Assembly (NCBI GenBank): GCA_009602725.1
Contig: WELB01000008.1
Span: forward strand, 427,300 to 491,299
Reading direction: 5' to 3'
Source: Spirogloea muscicola
Taxonomy: Eukaryota
Length of the DNA: 64,000 nucleotides
Part shown: positions 1 through 12,152 of the stretch, in pieces
Layout of the letters: the number at the start of each line of letters is the position of its first letter
Numbering within the stretch: the stretch's first letter is position 1
The notes under the pieces: generated by a model
What the model saw: only the letters and a program-made list of their open reading frames with translations
Databases searched by the model: none
Told to the model about the DNA's origin: nothing
Position numbers and translations under genes: made by a program

Positions 1-451
1 CCCCCCCCGGGCCCCGCTGCGGCCGAGCGGCGAGGCTCGCAGCTGCCCTGCTCCAGCGACATTCGGATCTTGATCACAATATTTCCACCGGCCCTGCTCA
101 CTGCCGGTGGTAGTGTCATCTAGTGATCGTCAGTAGTTCACACGTGACAGTGAAACGTCAAATCTTGAACTCAGAGCCTTAAGCCCTTGGCCTGCGTCTC
201 CCAGGCCTCTCGCTTTGCCCAAGTGTTCTAATTGCCGCTGCTGTCGAATGCAAGCCCTGCTAGTAGTTGAACGCTTGGCGCTTGACACTTAGAATCCAGA
301 CGTGTCTAGCCTTAAGCTCCAGCTCGTCGTGCCCCTTGTCGCAAACTGGCGCTTGTCTAATTTGTCATCCTACAGCCTCCGCATTTTCACAATCTTCCCT
401 GGGCGATTGCCCTGGAGCTGACGATTTTACGCTAGCTCATACGTCCTGCAG

Positions 452-635
452 CTGCGGCACGAGCTTTGAGGTAGCGATTGTATCACCGGCGTTTGAGGGG
501 CAGACACTACTCAAGCGCCACCGGCTCATCAATGACGCGCTCAAAGTGGAGATGGCCGACATCCACGCACTCAGCATCCGGCGCGCGCTCACGCCGCAGC
601 AGTGGGCTGATGAGGCCTCCAAGGCTCAGCGCTGA
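452..635 (+). CDS. BolA-family protein (BolA2-like), last exon only
   Basis: After a cctgcag acceptor the frame reads CGTSFEVAIVSPAFEGQTLLKRHRLINDALKVEMADIHALSI, the typical BolA motif (F.G..LL.RHR.V...L......IHALS). The upstream exons were not located. Confidence 0.85.
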
Positions 636-1076
636 CTGTGGCACTGCACCTACTCCCCCATTCCTTTCTCATGCCATGGCCTGCAGGTATTCGTTTGCTA
701 CCACAGCATGATGCTCTGCCGTGCCAGACCAGGCACTTGTACCCACCTAACCATCTTATTGAAGTGACAGCCTGTGCTACTCTGCGTCAAAGACCATCGA
801 AGCATTGGCAACCAGAGCAGAACGTAAGGAGGGGCCTTGACAAAATGCTGCTCATGCAGTAGGCTTGCACCAGCAGTGCACAAGCTGGCCTCAGTGAGCA
901 AGCACCTCAGTACTCGACCTGTCTTACTTCTCTTACCTCCCTTCCAGCAGCCTCTGACGCATACAGATGGCAATTGCGCACAGCATTGCACAGAGATGCC
1001 GAGTTGAAGTATGACCACGCTTCTGCCAAGCGGGCACATATGAGTCACGTGGTTGAAGGAATGGATCCAAAATTAC

Positions 1077-3529
1077 TCAGCCTTTTGGCAGCGTGCTTTG
1101 TGTCTGCAATGGCTGGGTGGACGTGATCCTCGGCGGCAGTGGCGAAGCCCAGTCGACCTTGAGGACCTCCCGCAGTGCGTGGTAGTAGTTGAAGAGGAAG
1201 TGGTCGGACGCCAGTGACGCAGACAGCACGATACGTCCCAGGCGCTCCTTGGCCTCACCCTCAACCATCCATGCTTCCGCACCATCACCAGGTGTGTCAA
1301 CACCGCGGCAGGGGCGTCGGAGAATCTGATATAGCTTACCAGGCGCAAAGAGGTCCTGAGGCTTCTGCGCCCGTTTTGCAGCCGCCACGAGCTCCACGTC
1401 CTCGACAACTGCTGCAGGCGTGGGTGCTGCTGGCCCCTCTCCCTCTCCTGTCTCCTCCTTGCTCCTCTGCAACCCCTTTGGCCGACTCTGCATGTATCGA
1501 CGTGCTGCATCCTGCACATTGGCAATGGCTGCAATAGTTGATGTCGCCAGGTCCACAAGCTCCTTCTGCACCGCGCCCTCCTTGAGCATGGCAGTCCTGA
1601 AAAGCAGAACCAAGAGCAACTATGTAAGCGTGAAAGCCAAAACGCGATCCATGTGCAGAGGTTCCACGCAATCCTCAGCCTCAGCTTACTCAAACATATC
1701 AGAATCAAAATTCATACCATTGTCACAGTATTGAAATGCAGAGTCGCACCAGTCAGTGAGCAGAATTTCTGTTCGAAGCTGGTCAATTGCCGCCACGCTT
1801 GCCCTCGGGATAACATCGTCCTGGCAGGCGCGGCGAAGAGTGCCAAGCCTAAGTTTTAGTCCAGCGCCTAGTGCAGTCTTTGCCTCACCAATCCCTCACA
1901 TCAGAACCTCGTCTTGCAGCCCACCTGGAGCACAACCGTGGTGACAAAGCCGGAGCAGCCAATCGCAAGGTCGCGCGACAGGCAGGGCGGCGTGCCGAAG
2001 GTAGCGCACGAAATTCGGGATGCGGGCACCCCCAGGAGGCGCTCAGCATCAGCATGGAGCAGGAGCGCCAGGATGGCTGCTGTTGCGCCGCCTAGCGAGT
2101 GGCCCACCAGCCGGAGGCGAAAACCCTGCACATGAACACCGGGTTTTGGGTTCATTGAGTGCTCATTAGCAATGGTTAAGCTTTGATCCTGGGGTGGAGA
2201 AGGTGGACGACAGTGCCGCATGCACAGCGCTGGCACCAGAGCTGGCAGGGACGCACGCACGCGGTGCTCGGCGAGGCAGCGCCGCAGCGTGGCGAGCTCG
2301 TGCTCGACAAACCACTTGGCGGCCTCTGCAGAGCCATAGTGGCTGAAGCCGCCGCCCACGGCCTCCAGGCCCTCGACTTCGGAGCTGTGGCCCGCCAGGC
2401 TGGTCATGAGGTCGCGGCCGCTCGCCGTGCCACGCACGCCCAGCACCACCAGCTGCCGGCGATCATCGATCGCGACATAGTAGGACGGCCGCAGGATGTC
2501 CGGCTGCCAGAACACTGACAATGCTGTCAGTCATGTAGCAGCTCTAAGGAACGGGCACTGGGGCGGAGACCTAGAGCGCTGCTTGCCTTGTCCACAAGCT
2601 TGACGACGCGGCTGGCACGCAGCATGCTCAGCTTTGCAATGCTCGTGACATCTTTGGCCTGCGCAGCGCGCGCAAGCTCCACGCTGTACAGAAGGTCCTT
2701 AATCTGGGCGCACAGACGGCAGGAAGTGGCAACTCATGTCAGCAGCCAAATTGCAGTCCCAACAGCGGTAAGTACAGCAGAAGACAGACGACATGTAGGG
2801 TCTAGGTGAGCTAACACACTGTGCTTTATGATTAAGCTAAGGAGTTGGGGGGTAATCAGCAGCTGACCTCACCAGCGTGCGGTCGGTGACAAGCTGGTCG
2901 CCCACGACATCAGCAGCAGCGTTTGCGGCGTGCCGCGCTGACAGCACATAGAGGCCAAGCGTGAGGTCGGCCAGGCTCCACCGCTCCAGCCCGGCGGCGC
3001 TGCGCCGCATGCTCGCCGCAATATCGGCCAGCACAGCCGACGTCGGTGGGGCGATGGCTGCGCCTCCAGCCTCCTTCGCGCCGCCACCTGACGTTAGCCT
3101 GACAATTAGCGTCAGTACCCTGTTGGCTGTTGACCACACCAGTGCTTGAAGGCTTCAGATCTGGGTCATGAAGTTCAGAAGGATTAATCTCCCCTTCCAA
3201 CTTCATTGTATGTTGCAATTCAGGAGAAAGCACAGGTAACACTGATAAAACCCTCCATTGGGGTTCTGTATATTGTTATATATATTGAATATTGTTATGC
3301 TGATCGGATAAATTTCGCTTTGAAAACAGTACAGATGAATCCTCAGCAGGCGGCGGCGAGCGTAAGAGTGCAGACCAGGCGCAAAAGCGCGGCGGTAGAG
3401 CTTGAGCGCGGGCTCTGCCAGGCCAGCCAGCCGCTGGAGGGGCCCGCCCGCGGCGGCGCCGCCCTGGCCGCCGTCGTCGTCGTCGTCTCCGCGCTCCGGG
3501 CGCACGGGCGCCGCGGAGGGGCTCCGGAG
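1077..3529 (-). CDS. Lipase class 3 / alpha-beta hydrolase, multi-exon; 5' end probably in or beyond the N-gap
   Basis: Exons encode WSLADLTLGLY, PSYYVAIDD..QLVVLGVRGT, the nucleophile motif LVGHSLGG, CATFGTPPCLS, and LFAPGKLY..DH at the C-terminus. GT-AG boundaries are visible. Confidence 0.85.
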
Positions 3530-3979
3530 NNNNNNNNNNNNNNNNNNNNNNNNNNNNNNNNNNNNNNNNNNNNNNNNNNNNNNNNNNNNNNNNNNNNNNN
3601 NNNNNNNNNNNNNNNNNNNNNNNNNNNNNNNNNNNNNNNNNNNNNNNNNNNNNNNNNNNNNNNNNNNNNNNNNNNNNNNNNNNNNNNNNNNNNNNNNNNN
3701 NNNNNNNNNNNNNNNNNNNNNNNNNNNNNNNNNNNNNNNNNNNNNNNNNNNNNNNNNNNNNNNNNNNNNNNNNNNNNNNNNNNNNNNNNNNNNNNNNNNN
3801 NNNNNNNNNNNNNNNNNNNNNNNNNNNNNNNNNNNNNNNNNNNNNNNNNNNNNNNNNNNNNNNNNNNNNNNNNNNNNNNNNNNNNNNNNNNNNNNNNNNN
3901 NNNNNNNNNNNNNNNNNNNNNNNNNNNNNNNNNNNNNNNNNNNNNNNNNNNNNNNNNNNNNNNNNNNNNNNNNNNNNNN
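3530..3979. other. Assembly gap (N run)
   Basis: Run of n bases flanked by very GC-rich sequence. Confidence 1.
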
Positions 3980-4339
3980 GCCGCAGGCCGGCGGCGCCGG
4001 GGCGGCTCTCAGCCGGGGGCCGCAGCGGGCAAGGCCGTCACCGCCAGAGGCGGCGCCTGGCAGAGCTCGCCGGGTCCGGGGTCCTCCACGACTGTGGCGG
4101 AGGCTGGCCGGCCCGGCAGCCGCCGGCGGAAATTGCGCCGCGTTCCGCGGCGCGATTTGCGGGCGCCGCAAGTGGCGCTGACGCTGCCCTCTTCCGCTTG
4201 TGGTTGCCGTTGCGACAGAAGCGAGCGCATGTATTGGTCCGCCCGTTTTTGAATGGCACCGAACCCAAGACCATCCAAACGAGCTCGTGAGGAAAGCGGC
4301 TGCTGATATTAAAAGCTCGAAAGGGGAGCGAAGGCTGTT

Positions 4340-4865
4340 GTTGGAAGCCAGCCCAGATGGGATGGACATGGTCCGGACGGCGAATGGCGCTAAATCCACA
4401 CAGAAAGAAAAGTGCTCGCCCATTGAGGATAGGGGCTGGAAAAGCCAGCCCAAAAAAACTCCACACTGCCATGCAAGCAGATGGGGGGCTAAGTGACCCG
4501 AGACAGCCGCCGCGAAGGTTTGGCGAGTGCGTATTGAGAAGGAAAACCCTTCAGACCTTGTCCATTCCTTTGGGCTGGCCTTTTCCAGCCACCAGTCAAT
4601 CTGGCCGCGCTTCCTTCTTAGAAAACGCTTTAGGAGAGGGCAGTGACTGTGAGAGGCCACATGCATTGAGTAATGGAGGGCCTGAGTGGCCAAGCATAAA
4701 GGCAAGCAGGGGCGATGGCAGCCAGAAGGAGATCAAGGGGCTGTGAAAGAAGAAAGGCCAGCCCACAGCTGGAAAGAAAAAACTCAAGTTTAAAGGGGAC
4801 GATGGCTGTGGAAGAGTGGCTCTCCAAATGGGGCCAAGGGCTGTGGAAGGCCAGCTCACCAAGAA
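4340..4865. repeat. Cluster of GGGCTGG/CCAGCCC hairpin-motif repeats (retroelement 3' tips), both orientations
   Basis: gtgctcgcccattgaggataggggctggaaaagccagccc (~4412-4451) matches 25197-25235, 34538-34577 and the reverse of 57089-57130. ttcagaccttgtccattcctttgggctggccttttccagccaccagtcaatctggccgc (~4550-4608) is nearly identical to 34955-35012. Confidence 0.8.
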
Positions 4866-5149
4866 TGGAATCGGACAATAGTCGCCTCGCCTGTTGGCCT
4901 GAGGCGGCACAAGCACGCAAATGCAAAGCAGCATGTCGAGGAACGCTGCAGTGGAATGAAAGAAGCAGCTCTTCCAGCTTCTCTCAATCTTTTGTATGCT
5001 GAACAAGCCCCCGCCCCCTTCAGATCAATCAACGCTCACACACCTCTGGTCAGCAAATAGGGCGATAAGGTGTCGGCCTGTATCAGAACGTGAAGGTAGC
5101 AGCCAAGGCGCGGCCTGCCCGTAAGCGAGTCCTATAAAACGGCTGCAGG

Positions 5150-5400
5150 GAGATGGCAAGGCGCCTTCTGCAGCGTGCTCAGGCTAATGCTTTGCACCAG
5201 AAAGCTGGGCGAGCTCTAGTTGGTGGCCAAAGGGCTTCGTATCTGCCAGCTAGTATTCAGGCACCGATTAGCGACCATTATGTGTTGACCCGTGGTTACT
5301 GAGCGGGTCAATCTGCTGTAGGTTATGTAGGTCTTTAGATGTTCTTGCCATTGTGCTTGGCCATTTGGCCTTCGTTTATTTCAAGTACACGAAAAATCTT
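5150..5400 (+). mobile_element. 5'-truncated RLE non-LTR retrotransposon 3' end, family A
   Basis: Translates LQRAQANALHQKAGRALVGG...ISDHYVLTRGY*, followed by a 3' UTR shared with 24885-25030, 37295-37352 (-) and 62571-62795 (-). Confidence 0.75.
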
Positions 5401-5879
5401 CTGTACATATGAGCGAGCAGATTGACGTTGATTCGGCGTTGAAGCCGGGCTGCTCACTCCGCTGCCCTTGCGGTTCACAGCACGCCATGCAAGCAGCTGG
5501 AGTAGTTCGAGCCAGCGCGTCCTAAAAGGCCTGTAGAAGTCAATGGCAAGCGCAAGCGTCCTTTGCTCCTTCGGGCTGTATCGAATCTCATCTATTCAAT
5601 GAGCTGGCCATCACCGCCATTGCCTTACCTTGATAGAGCTGCTTCCTTTTGCACTCCATCTGCATTCAGCGTTTCCAGGCTCATGCAGTGCACTTGCAAT
5701 AAGGCCGCGCTTTTGCCCGCTGCTTCTTTTGTTGGGGTGAATCTTCAAGTTACTTCTTGCGGCTGCTGACTCTTGGTTACCAAGTTCCCATTCGCTGTAG
5801 CCACTTGCATAGTTCCTGTGTTCGTTTACGCTTTCGACCCTTTAGACCTTGTCAATTTCTTCTGTGCTGGATCACATGA

Positions 5880-5915
5880 GTCTTTCTCAAGAGACATGAG
5901 TCTCTTGAGAAAGAC
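5880..5915. repeat. Perfect 16-bp inverted repeat with a 4-nt loop
   Basis: gtctttctcaagagac-atga-gtctcttgagaaagac, embedded in short catgagtct repeats. Confidence 0.9.
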
Positions 5916-5959
5916 ATGAGTCTCTCTGAGTTTCTCTCTTGTTACAACCCTCGCCGCCC

Positions 5960-6405
5960 TTGGGAGGAAAACAGCTCTTCCATATTGACAGCAATGGCTG
6001 TGTGAGGCCAGCCCAAAGATATGGACAAGGTCTGAAAGGGCCGGATGGTGAAAAAGCAGGATGACAGTCTCCACGACATCAGCAAGTGGGCTCTCAATAA
6101 CCTCTAGTCTGTAAATGCAAGTCAGACTAATCAGAGAACATTGGGAGAGCCCCTTTCTTCGTTCTTGTTCACCATGTTCACTCTTTCTGGGCTGGCTTTA
6201 CTTCTCTTCTTCCTTTTGGAAGAGCTACTTCCAACGGGGTCGATGGCTGTAAGAGAAACAGCTCTTCCAGTGTAAGGCAACGCTGTGAGAGGCCAGCCCA
6301 AAGGACTGTACAAGATCGGAAAGGAGCCGGAAGGGGGCAGAAGAAAGCCAAAAGTGGTAAGCCATTCAAAAGGAACTCGGGGCTGTGACAAGCCAGCCCA
6401 CACGA
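5960..6405. repeat. Cluster of hairpin-motif repeats (retroelement 3' tips)
   Basis: ggctgtgtgaggccagcccaaa (~5996), gctgtgagaggccagcccaaa (~6282) and ggctgtgacaagccagccc (~6381). The first two are preceded by agctcttcca. Confidence 0.75.
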
Positions 6406-6652
6406 GAGGTGGGGAGCCGCGAGAAGGCGCAGCTGGACCGGGGCTGCTGCTTGGTTCACTCTCCTTCTCTGGCCTGGCGAATCACCAGCAGCGCATCTAC
6501 CCGGAAGTGCGTTTTCTTCCTTCCTCAATTTGTCGGCTTGAATTGGCCTCCATTTGTTTCTGATACACGGAATTTTTCCTCCATTTCATGCCCCGCGCCT
6601 CGCTTCCTCGGGACCACGCCGAGGGCCCCGGATTGCAGGGCGTGGGATCCCT

Positions 6653-6713
6653 CGCCACGTGGCGCACGCCGGAGCCCTCCGGGCGCCTTGGCACCACGTG
6701 TCTGCTGACGTGG
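6653..6713. promoter_or_regulatory. G-box/ABRE-like ACGT cluster upstream of the C2-domain gene
   Basis: cgccacgtggcg, ccacgtgtc and tgacgtgg lie within 60 bp, ~150-200 bp before the ATG at 6859. Confidence 0.4.
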
Positions 6714-6858
6714 TCGCAACGCCGAAATGTCCGAGCGCCAGCTCAGCGTTCTACGTCAAAGTAACACCACCGCCGCCCCCGCCGTTGCCGCCACACTGCG
6801 CGCCGGGTTTTGCGCCGCACTCTGCGCCGCGCTCTGCGCCGCCGCCGCCGCCGCCGCC

Positions 6859-9800
6859 ATGGCGCAGGCTCCCGGGAGGCCGTACGCGGCGGGCAGAGGC
6901 GGCGCGCCCGGGTTCGGCGGGGCCCCCGTAGTGCCCTTCCCCCCGTCCCCCATGGGAGCCCGACCGCGCCTTTGAGCCCCACGGCCGCCGCCGCCGCCGC
7001 CGCCACCAACGCCAACNCCGCCGCCGCTGCCGCCGCCGCCGTCGCTGCCGCCGCTGCCGCCAAGACAGGCTGCTGCCGCGCTGGTCTCACCTCGCCCTCG
7101 CCCCCGCCGCGAACCTCTCGGCAGGTGAAGCCGGCGCTGGGGAAGATCACCCGGTGGCCGCTCTTTGTGCACGTCGCGGCGGCGACGGTGCTCACCTGGA
7201 TCGCGGGCTACCTGCGCCTCGACCCCTTCTTCGTTTGCACCTGGGTGGTCCTCGTCATCTGGCTGGTCCGCCCAGACTGACCCCGCCCCTGCTCGATCCG
7301 TGCACCTGTGATTTGTGAATGTTAGTAGTAACTGACTTAGAGGATTTAGCTTTTAGCACTTCTACTTGTACCCGCAGTACAATGCTTAAAACCCACACGT
7401 GAAGCGCGTTGCGATCTCTTCCAGGGCTGCTGTGCGCCGGCGACGCCAGATGTTGTAGTGGTTGAGAAGTGAGGCCTGACTTGTTGTGGTCAAGCTGGTG
7501 GCGGCACGCAGGTGGAGAGTCGGCAGCGCCAGAACCACGACGTGCAGACGCGCTTCAACCTCCGCCGGGAGATGCAGATGCACCTAGTGAGTATGGCCAA
7601 GCTCGGCTGCTCTTTCAGTCACACCGTTTGTTACTGGTTTCGCCAGCTGCATCCGGCAAGGGCTTGCACGATCCCTCTTTCCTCCGAGCTTTGCGCCGTC
7701 TTCGGCGATTGCTAACCTTCCTTACACCCTGTCTATAGGCAACTGCTGTTAGACTGTGAACATATGTTGTCATTGTCTAGAAAGATTGGTAATTGGCTGC
7801 TGAGCGTGAGCTGAGCTTGAGATGACAAGCTTGGCATGTACCCTGGTGCAGCCAATTACAGACGAGGAGACTGTCAAGTGGCTCAACAGTGCGTTGGAGT
7901 CGGCATGGCCCGAGTTTGTCGAACGCCTCGCGTCGCTATACATTCTGCCCAAGATGGTGCCTTGGTTCCTCAACAGCTACAAGCCATCTGCAGTGGTGAG
8001 GATCTTGCCGCAGAGTCCTGACAGCCAAAATCGCTTGGATGGTTGACCTACAGAGTGATAGCGGAAGGAAGCCAATAGAAGCACAGATAGACTGCCAGGA
8101 ATTACTTGATGAAGAAGTGCTATGCTTGTGCGCTTTTGTATTATTGTGCAAGAAAGAACACGTGCATGCTTAGCTGGGAGGGAGTACAAGCTGTACATGT
8201 TTTTGAGTGGGTTCCTCTTGAGACTTGACTTCTGAGCCTTGAGCCTTGAGCTTTGAGCATTAATCAACCATTGCCCCTTCTTAATTATTCTGTTGCATTA
8301 GGGCATCCGTAGAGTAATGGGCTTCAGATAATATATGGTGCTGGAACAAGCTCAGTATCTCCATCTCGCTTTAATAGACATGTAGACGTGCTGAAAACAG
8401 TGGCACAAGGGCAAACCTGTACTTGTCATTCAACAAGACTGCTCTGCTGATGCCAATGACAATATGCAGAGTAAGCTGGCGCTCAAGTCGGTGAACCTGG
8501 GCAGCATACCGCCCCTAGTCACCGGCGTTCGTGTGTACCAGGAGGCCCGAGATGGAGATCATCTGGTACGCCTTCAGTGGCAAACTGCAGGCATGCACGA
8601 GCTTGTGTGCAAAGTGGGTGTTGTGTCCATATGAACGGCAGGTCGTCCAGTCTGCACTAGGGCATCCTCACTGCATAAGCCCACAGCAGGGCCGTGTTTG
8701 ATCTTCCTAACAGGCCATGGAGATGAACGTGGAGGTGGTGTGCGGTAAGGACATGTTCATGGAGGTGGTTGCAAATGTGGGGCACCCGTCATGGGCCGGC
8801 TTTGGCCTCATCCCCTGGACGGCGTACATCACCGACGTTCAGCTCATTGGCAAAGTGCGCAGCATTATGCCAAAACGAACGATTGCCGCAGCACTGGCAG
8901 TTGCTTGTTGCAGAAGCTGGTATCTGGTCAGCCATGGGTATCAGCAACAATGCATGAGCTCTGTGTAGTTAAGCACTTAGCAGTCTGCTAGTCCTTGCCT
9001 CTTGAAGCCATCCTGGCCACTGTGCGTCTATTTAAGAGCCAGTATACGGCTACTGTGGCAGTTGAGAATTGGCGTGCGCTTCCAGCACACCTTTCCATTC
9101 GTGGACCGCGTGTCTGTGAGCTTCATCACTGAGCCACAGGTCTCACTTGGCTGCCGGGTCCTCGGCCGCAAGGTAGGCGGCGGCTTCGACGCCGCCGGCC
9201 TCCCGCTTGTTGCGGGCTTTGTGGTAAGCAAACCCCTCTAGTCCAGCTTGTTGCTAGGGTGTCCAAGCAGGATTGTACTCGAAAATGCCACAGCCCCTGA
9301 ACTAGAAGGTGACAAGAATCGCGTCGGGAAAAATTGCTATCAAAAAAGTACTCACGACGATTGCTTATACACCTGAGCAGATTCTTGCTGTTCACGCTGT
9401 GCGGGAAGTGCTTGACTGGCTGCATAGTGTGATGCTTGTGCATGCAGGACGCCACTATCAAGAATGCCCTCAAAACTTCGCTCATGGCTGTAAGTCCCAA
9501 GTCCTCTTCACTCAGGCGTTCTTAATGCTCCTGCGTGGCTGCTCTTGCTTTTGCTTCGATCTGGAAAATGCTGCACTTCACAGCCTCTCACAATGCTGTA
9601 ATATCTCCGAGCTCCACGACTTTGAACAGCACAATGAGGAGTAAGGCTTGTGTAAGGCTCGTATAAGGCTTGTGTATGAAGCCAACACTGATGATAGAAC
9701 GAGGAGGTCACTTATTCCGCTTTTGTGCCAATTGTCTTTGCAGCCAAATATGTTGGTGATAGACGACATTGTGGCGCTTCTAGGTGACATCGTGCCGCCC

Positions 9801-11371
9801 CCCGGTGTTGGCCCCGTGCCTGGCTCTCCACCCCAGCAGGGCCCCGGCATGCCTGCAGCTCCTCTGCGTAAGTCCTTCAGGCTTGGGCACATGCATTTCT
9901 CATGCAACAATGTCAATATCTCTGATTGAAGCCATACTTACACTAGCAGGGCTAATGCAGATTGCAGAGTGCTTCTACTTTGTCAGGAGGACCGAGGGAA
10001 GAAGTTCAGTCAGGATACACCGGAGATTGTTATCTTTTATGTGTGTGACAACAAAGAATGACAGTCATATGTGGCTTGTTTCTCAGTGGAAGTAGTGACA
10101 ATCTTGTGTACGATTTGCTCTATATAATTCTCAAGCTTGACCTAGGGTTCTGTGCTTATGCCAGATTCAAAGGCCAAGGTGGGGCTCAAGGGCGTCCAAG
10201 GTGGTGATCCTGTTGCGTTCCTCCTGCTGGAGATTCTCCAGGCTGACAATCTGAGGGCTGCTGATCGAGGAGGTGAGCTCCTCAACTCTGTGCCGTGTTT
10301 GCGGAGTCGTAGTGGGGCTTGATGAGCAGTAAGTTCTCTGACCAACAAGAGGCTTATTTTCTAGCTTGTCTTTGCGTGTCTATGACTAGCCACTGTGGTA
10401 TTTGTCGGGATAAAATGGAAGTATATCAGCCATGTTAAGATCAAGTTGGGTTGCTTTGAGGTCTTTCGAGATGGCCAGTCATCGATCAAACCCTTCTGTC
10501 TACTGTCAGACCCAGTCACATGAGAGTGTATGGATGCTGTGCTCACTGCCAAAATGTGCTGGACTTGTAATGGCCTGGGCAGGCGCGTCGGATCCATATG
10601 TCAAGGGCTCAGTGGACGTCGTCAAGTTCCAGACGTCGATCAAGAAATCCACCCTGACGCCAAGTTGGATGGAGGACTTCCGGGTGCCCATATATCATTG
10701 GAACGAACCAACCGTTTTACGGCTGCGTGTGATGGATTACGACAAGTATTCGGCTGCCGACGAGCTTGGCATTTGCGAGGTGAACTTGAATCGCTTCCGA
10801 GATCAGCAGCGGCACGAGCTGGTGGCAAATCTGCAGGAGGCGCGAACGGGCCGCATCCACATTGCCTTCACCATTCTTGAGAATATGGATGCCCGCCCAG
10901 GTGCGCCATGCTGTTGCAGACATGCTCTGCTGCTTTTACTACTGAAGTGTTAACATATGCTATAGATGTTACTCATGAGACAGTATCTTAATTCTACAAT
11001 AAGTCCTTATCATGATGTCTTTGAAGTGATTTTGGTTGGACACTTAATCAGGGTCCTACCACCTCATAAGCTGAATGGCATGCCATGCATACGCTCGAGT
11101 ACATAGGGTATGTTGTTAATTCTGCTTGCTTGCTCTCCATGGTGCAGATGGCGTGCAGGCCGATGTGCCACTATCCGAGCAGCCCAATGCAATGGCAGGC
11201 GCGCCACCTGACCTGGGCTCTGTGGACCGCGCGATGGCGGGTGCCGAGAGCCGGGGTCTGAAGCGGCGGGTAGTGCGGCTGGGCAACACACCAAGCCCAG
11301 TGTGCCCGGGCATCTCCATTTACACCTGGGACGACGTCACGCTGGGGACAGAGCCCGAGGTTCACAAGTGA
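6859..11371 (+). CDS. N-terminal TM, SMP-like and C2 domain protein (synaptotagmin/NTMC2-like), multi-exon
   Basis: Hydrophobic N-terminal segment; SMP-like exons (DEETVKWLNSALESAWPEFVE, SVNLGSIPP, FPFVDRVSVSFITEP); C2 exons (LLLEILQADNLRAADRG, SDPYVKG..FQTSIKKSTLTPSWMEDF..LRVMDYDKYSAADELG). Confidence 0.8.
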
Positions 11372-12072
11372 CGGACTCGACGGAGTCCCACAAGTCCTCC
11401 ATGATCAGTGCATGTCTTGGGAGGAATCTCACAGCGACATCCTGAGAACAACATACGGCACATATCTAGCACTATGGCCAGCACTTGTTGTTAGTGGTCG
11501 TGCTGTACCACGTATCGTGTAGCCAGTATGTTTGCACCTGGCGCCCCTGATCTAACTCAGTGGAGCAGAGGCTGCCGAGACCGTTGTCAGTGGGCAGCTC
11601 GTTGATTGCGTAAGAGAGGAAAGACGCTTCCAGTAGAGGGCGCTGGCTGTGAGAGGCCAGCCCAGAACAAAGAATCTCAGATTTCGAAGGGACCAGAAGA
11701 ACCGCTAAAGCACACAGTGATTCGAATGACCACGAGGCACGAGTGCTTGAAGGCTCTCGAGGACGCTGGAGTCCCACACATTGTTCCTCTGGATGCGTCA
11801 TTTACTGCCAGGCTGCCGTCTTGCCTCTGCAGCGCGCACAGCACAGAGCGGGGCATCGTGCGCTACTTACTGGAGTGTGGGCTGGGCTGCGAGCAAGCCG
11901 AGACGGACCCACTTGGAAAGGCCGCAGTTTCGCCACAGTCACCATCGCCGAGGCGACTGCGGCACCCCGTGGGATTAGGTCTTTGGGCTGAGAGTGTGCG
12001 CCCTAACTAGGTCGACGTGCAGGACTCCAACTCCCCAGCGAGAGCAGGCCACTCAATCACTGCCCGCCGCCT

Positions 12073-12106
<34 letters not shown>

Positions 12107-12152
12107 TGCCGCCGCCGCCGCCTTTCTCCTTCGCCTTCTGAGCGAGAGGCCG

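Noticed and set aside
3203..4705. Long 260-500 aa ORFs in the ORF track
   Set aside because: They are open only because they cross the N-gap. The flanks are repeats and GC-rich 5' sequence.
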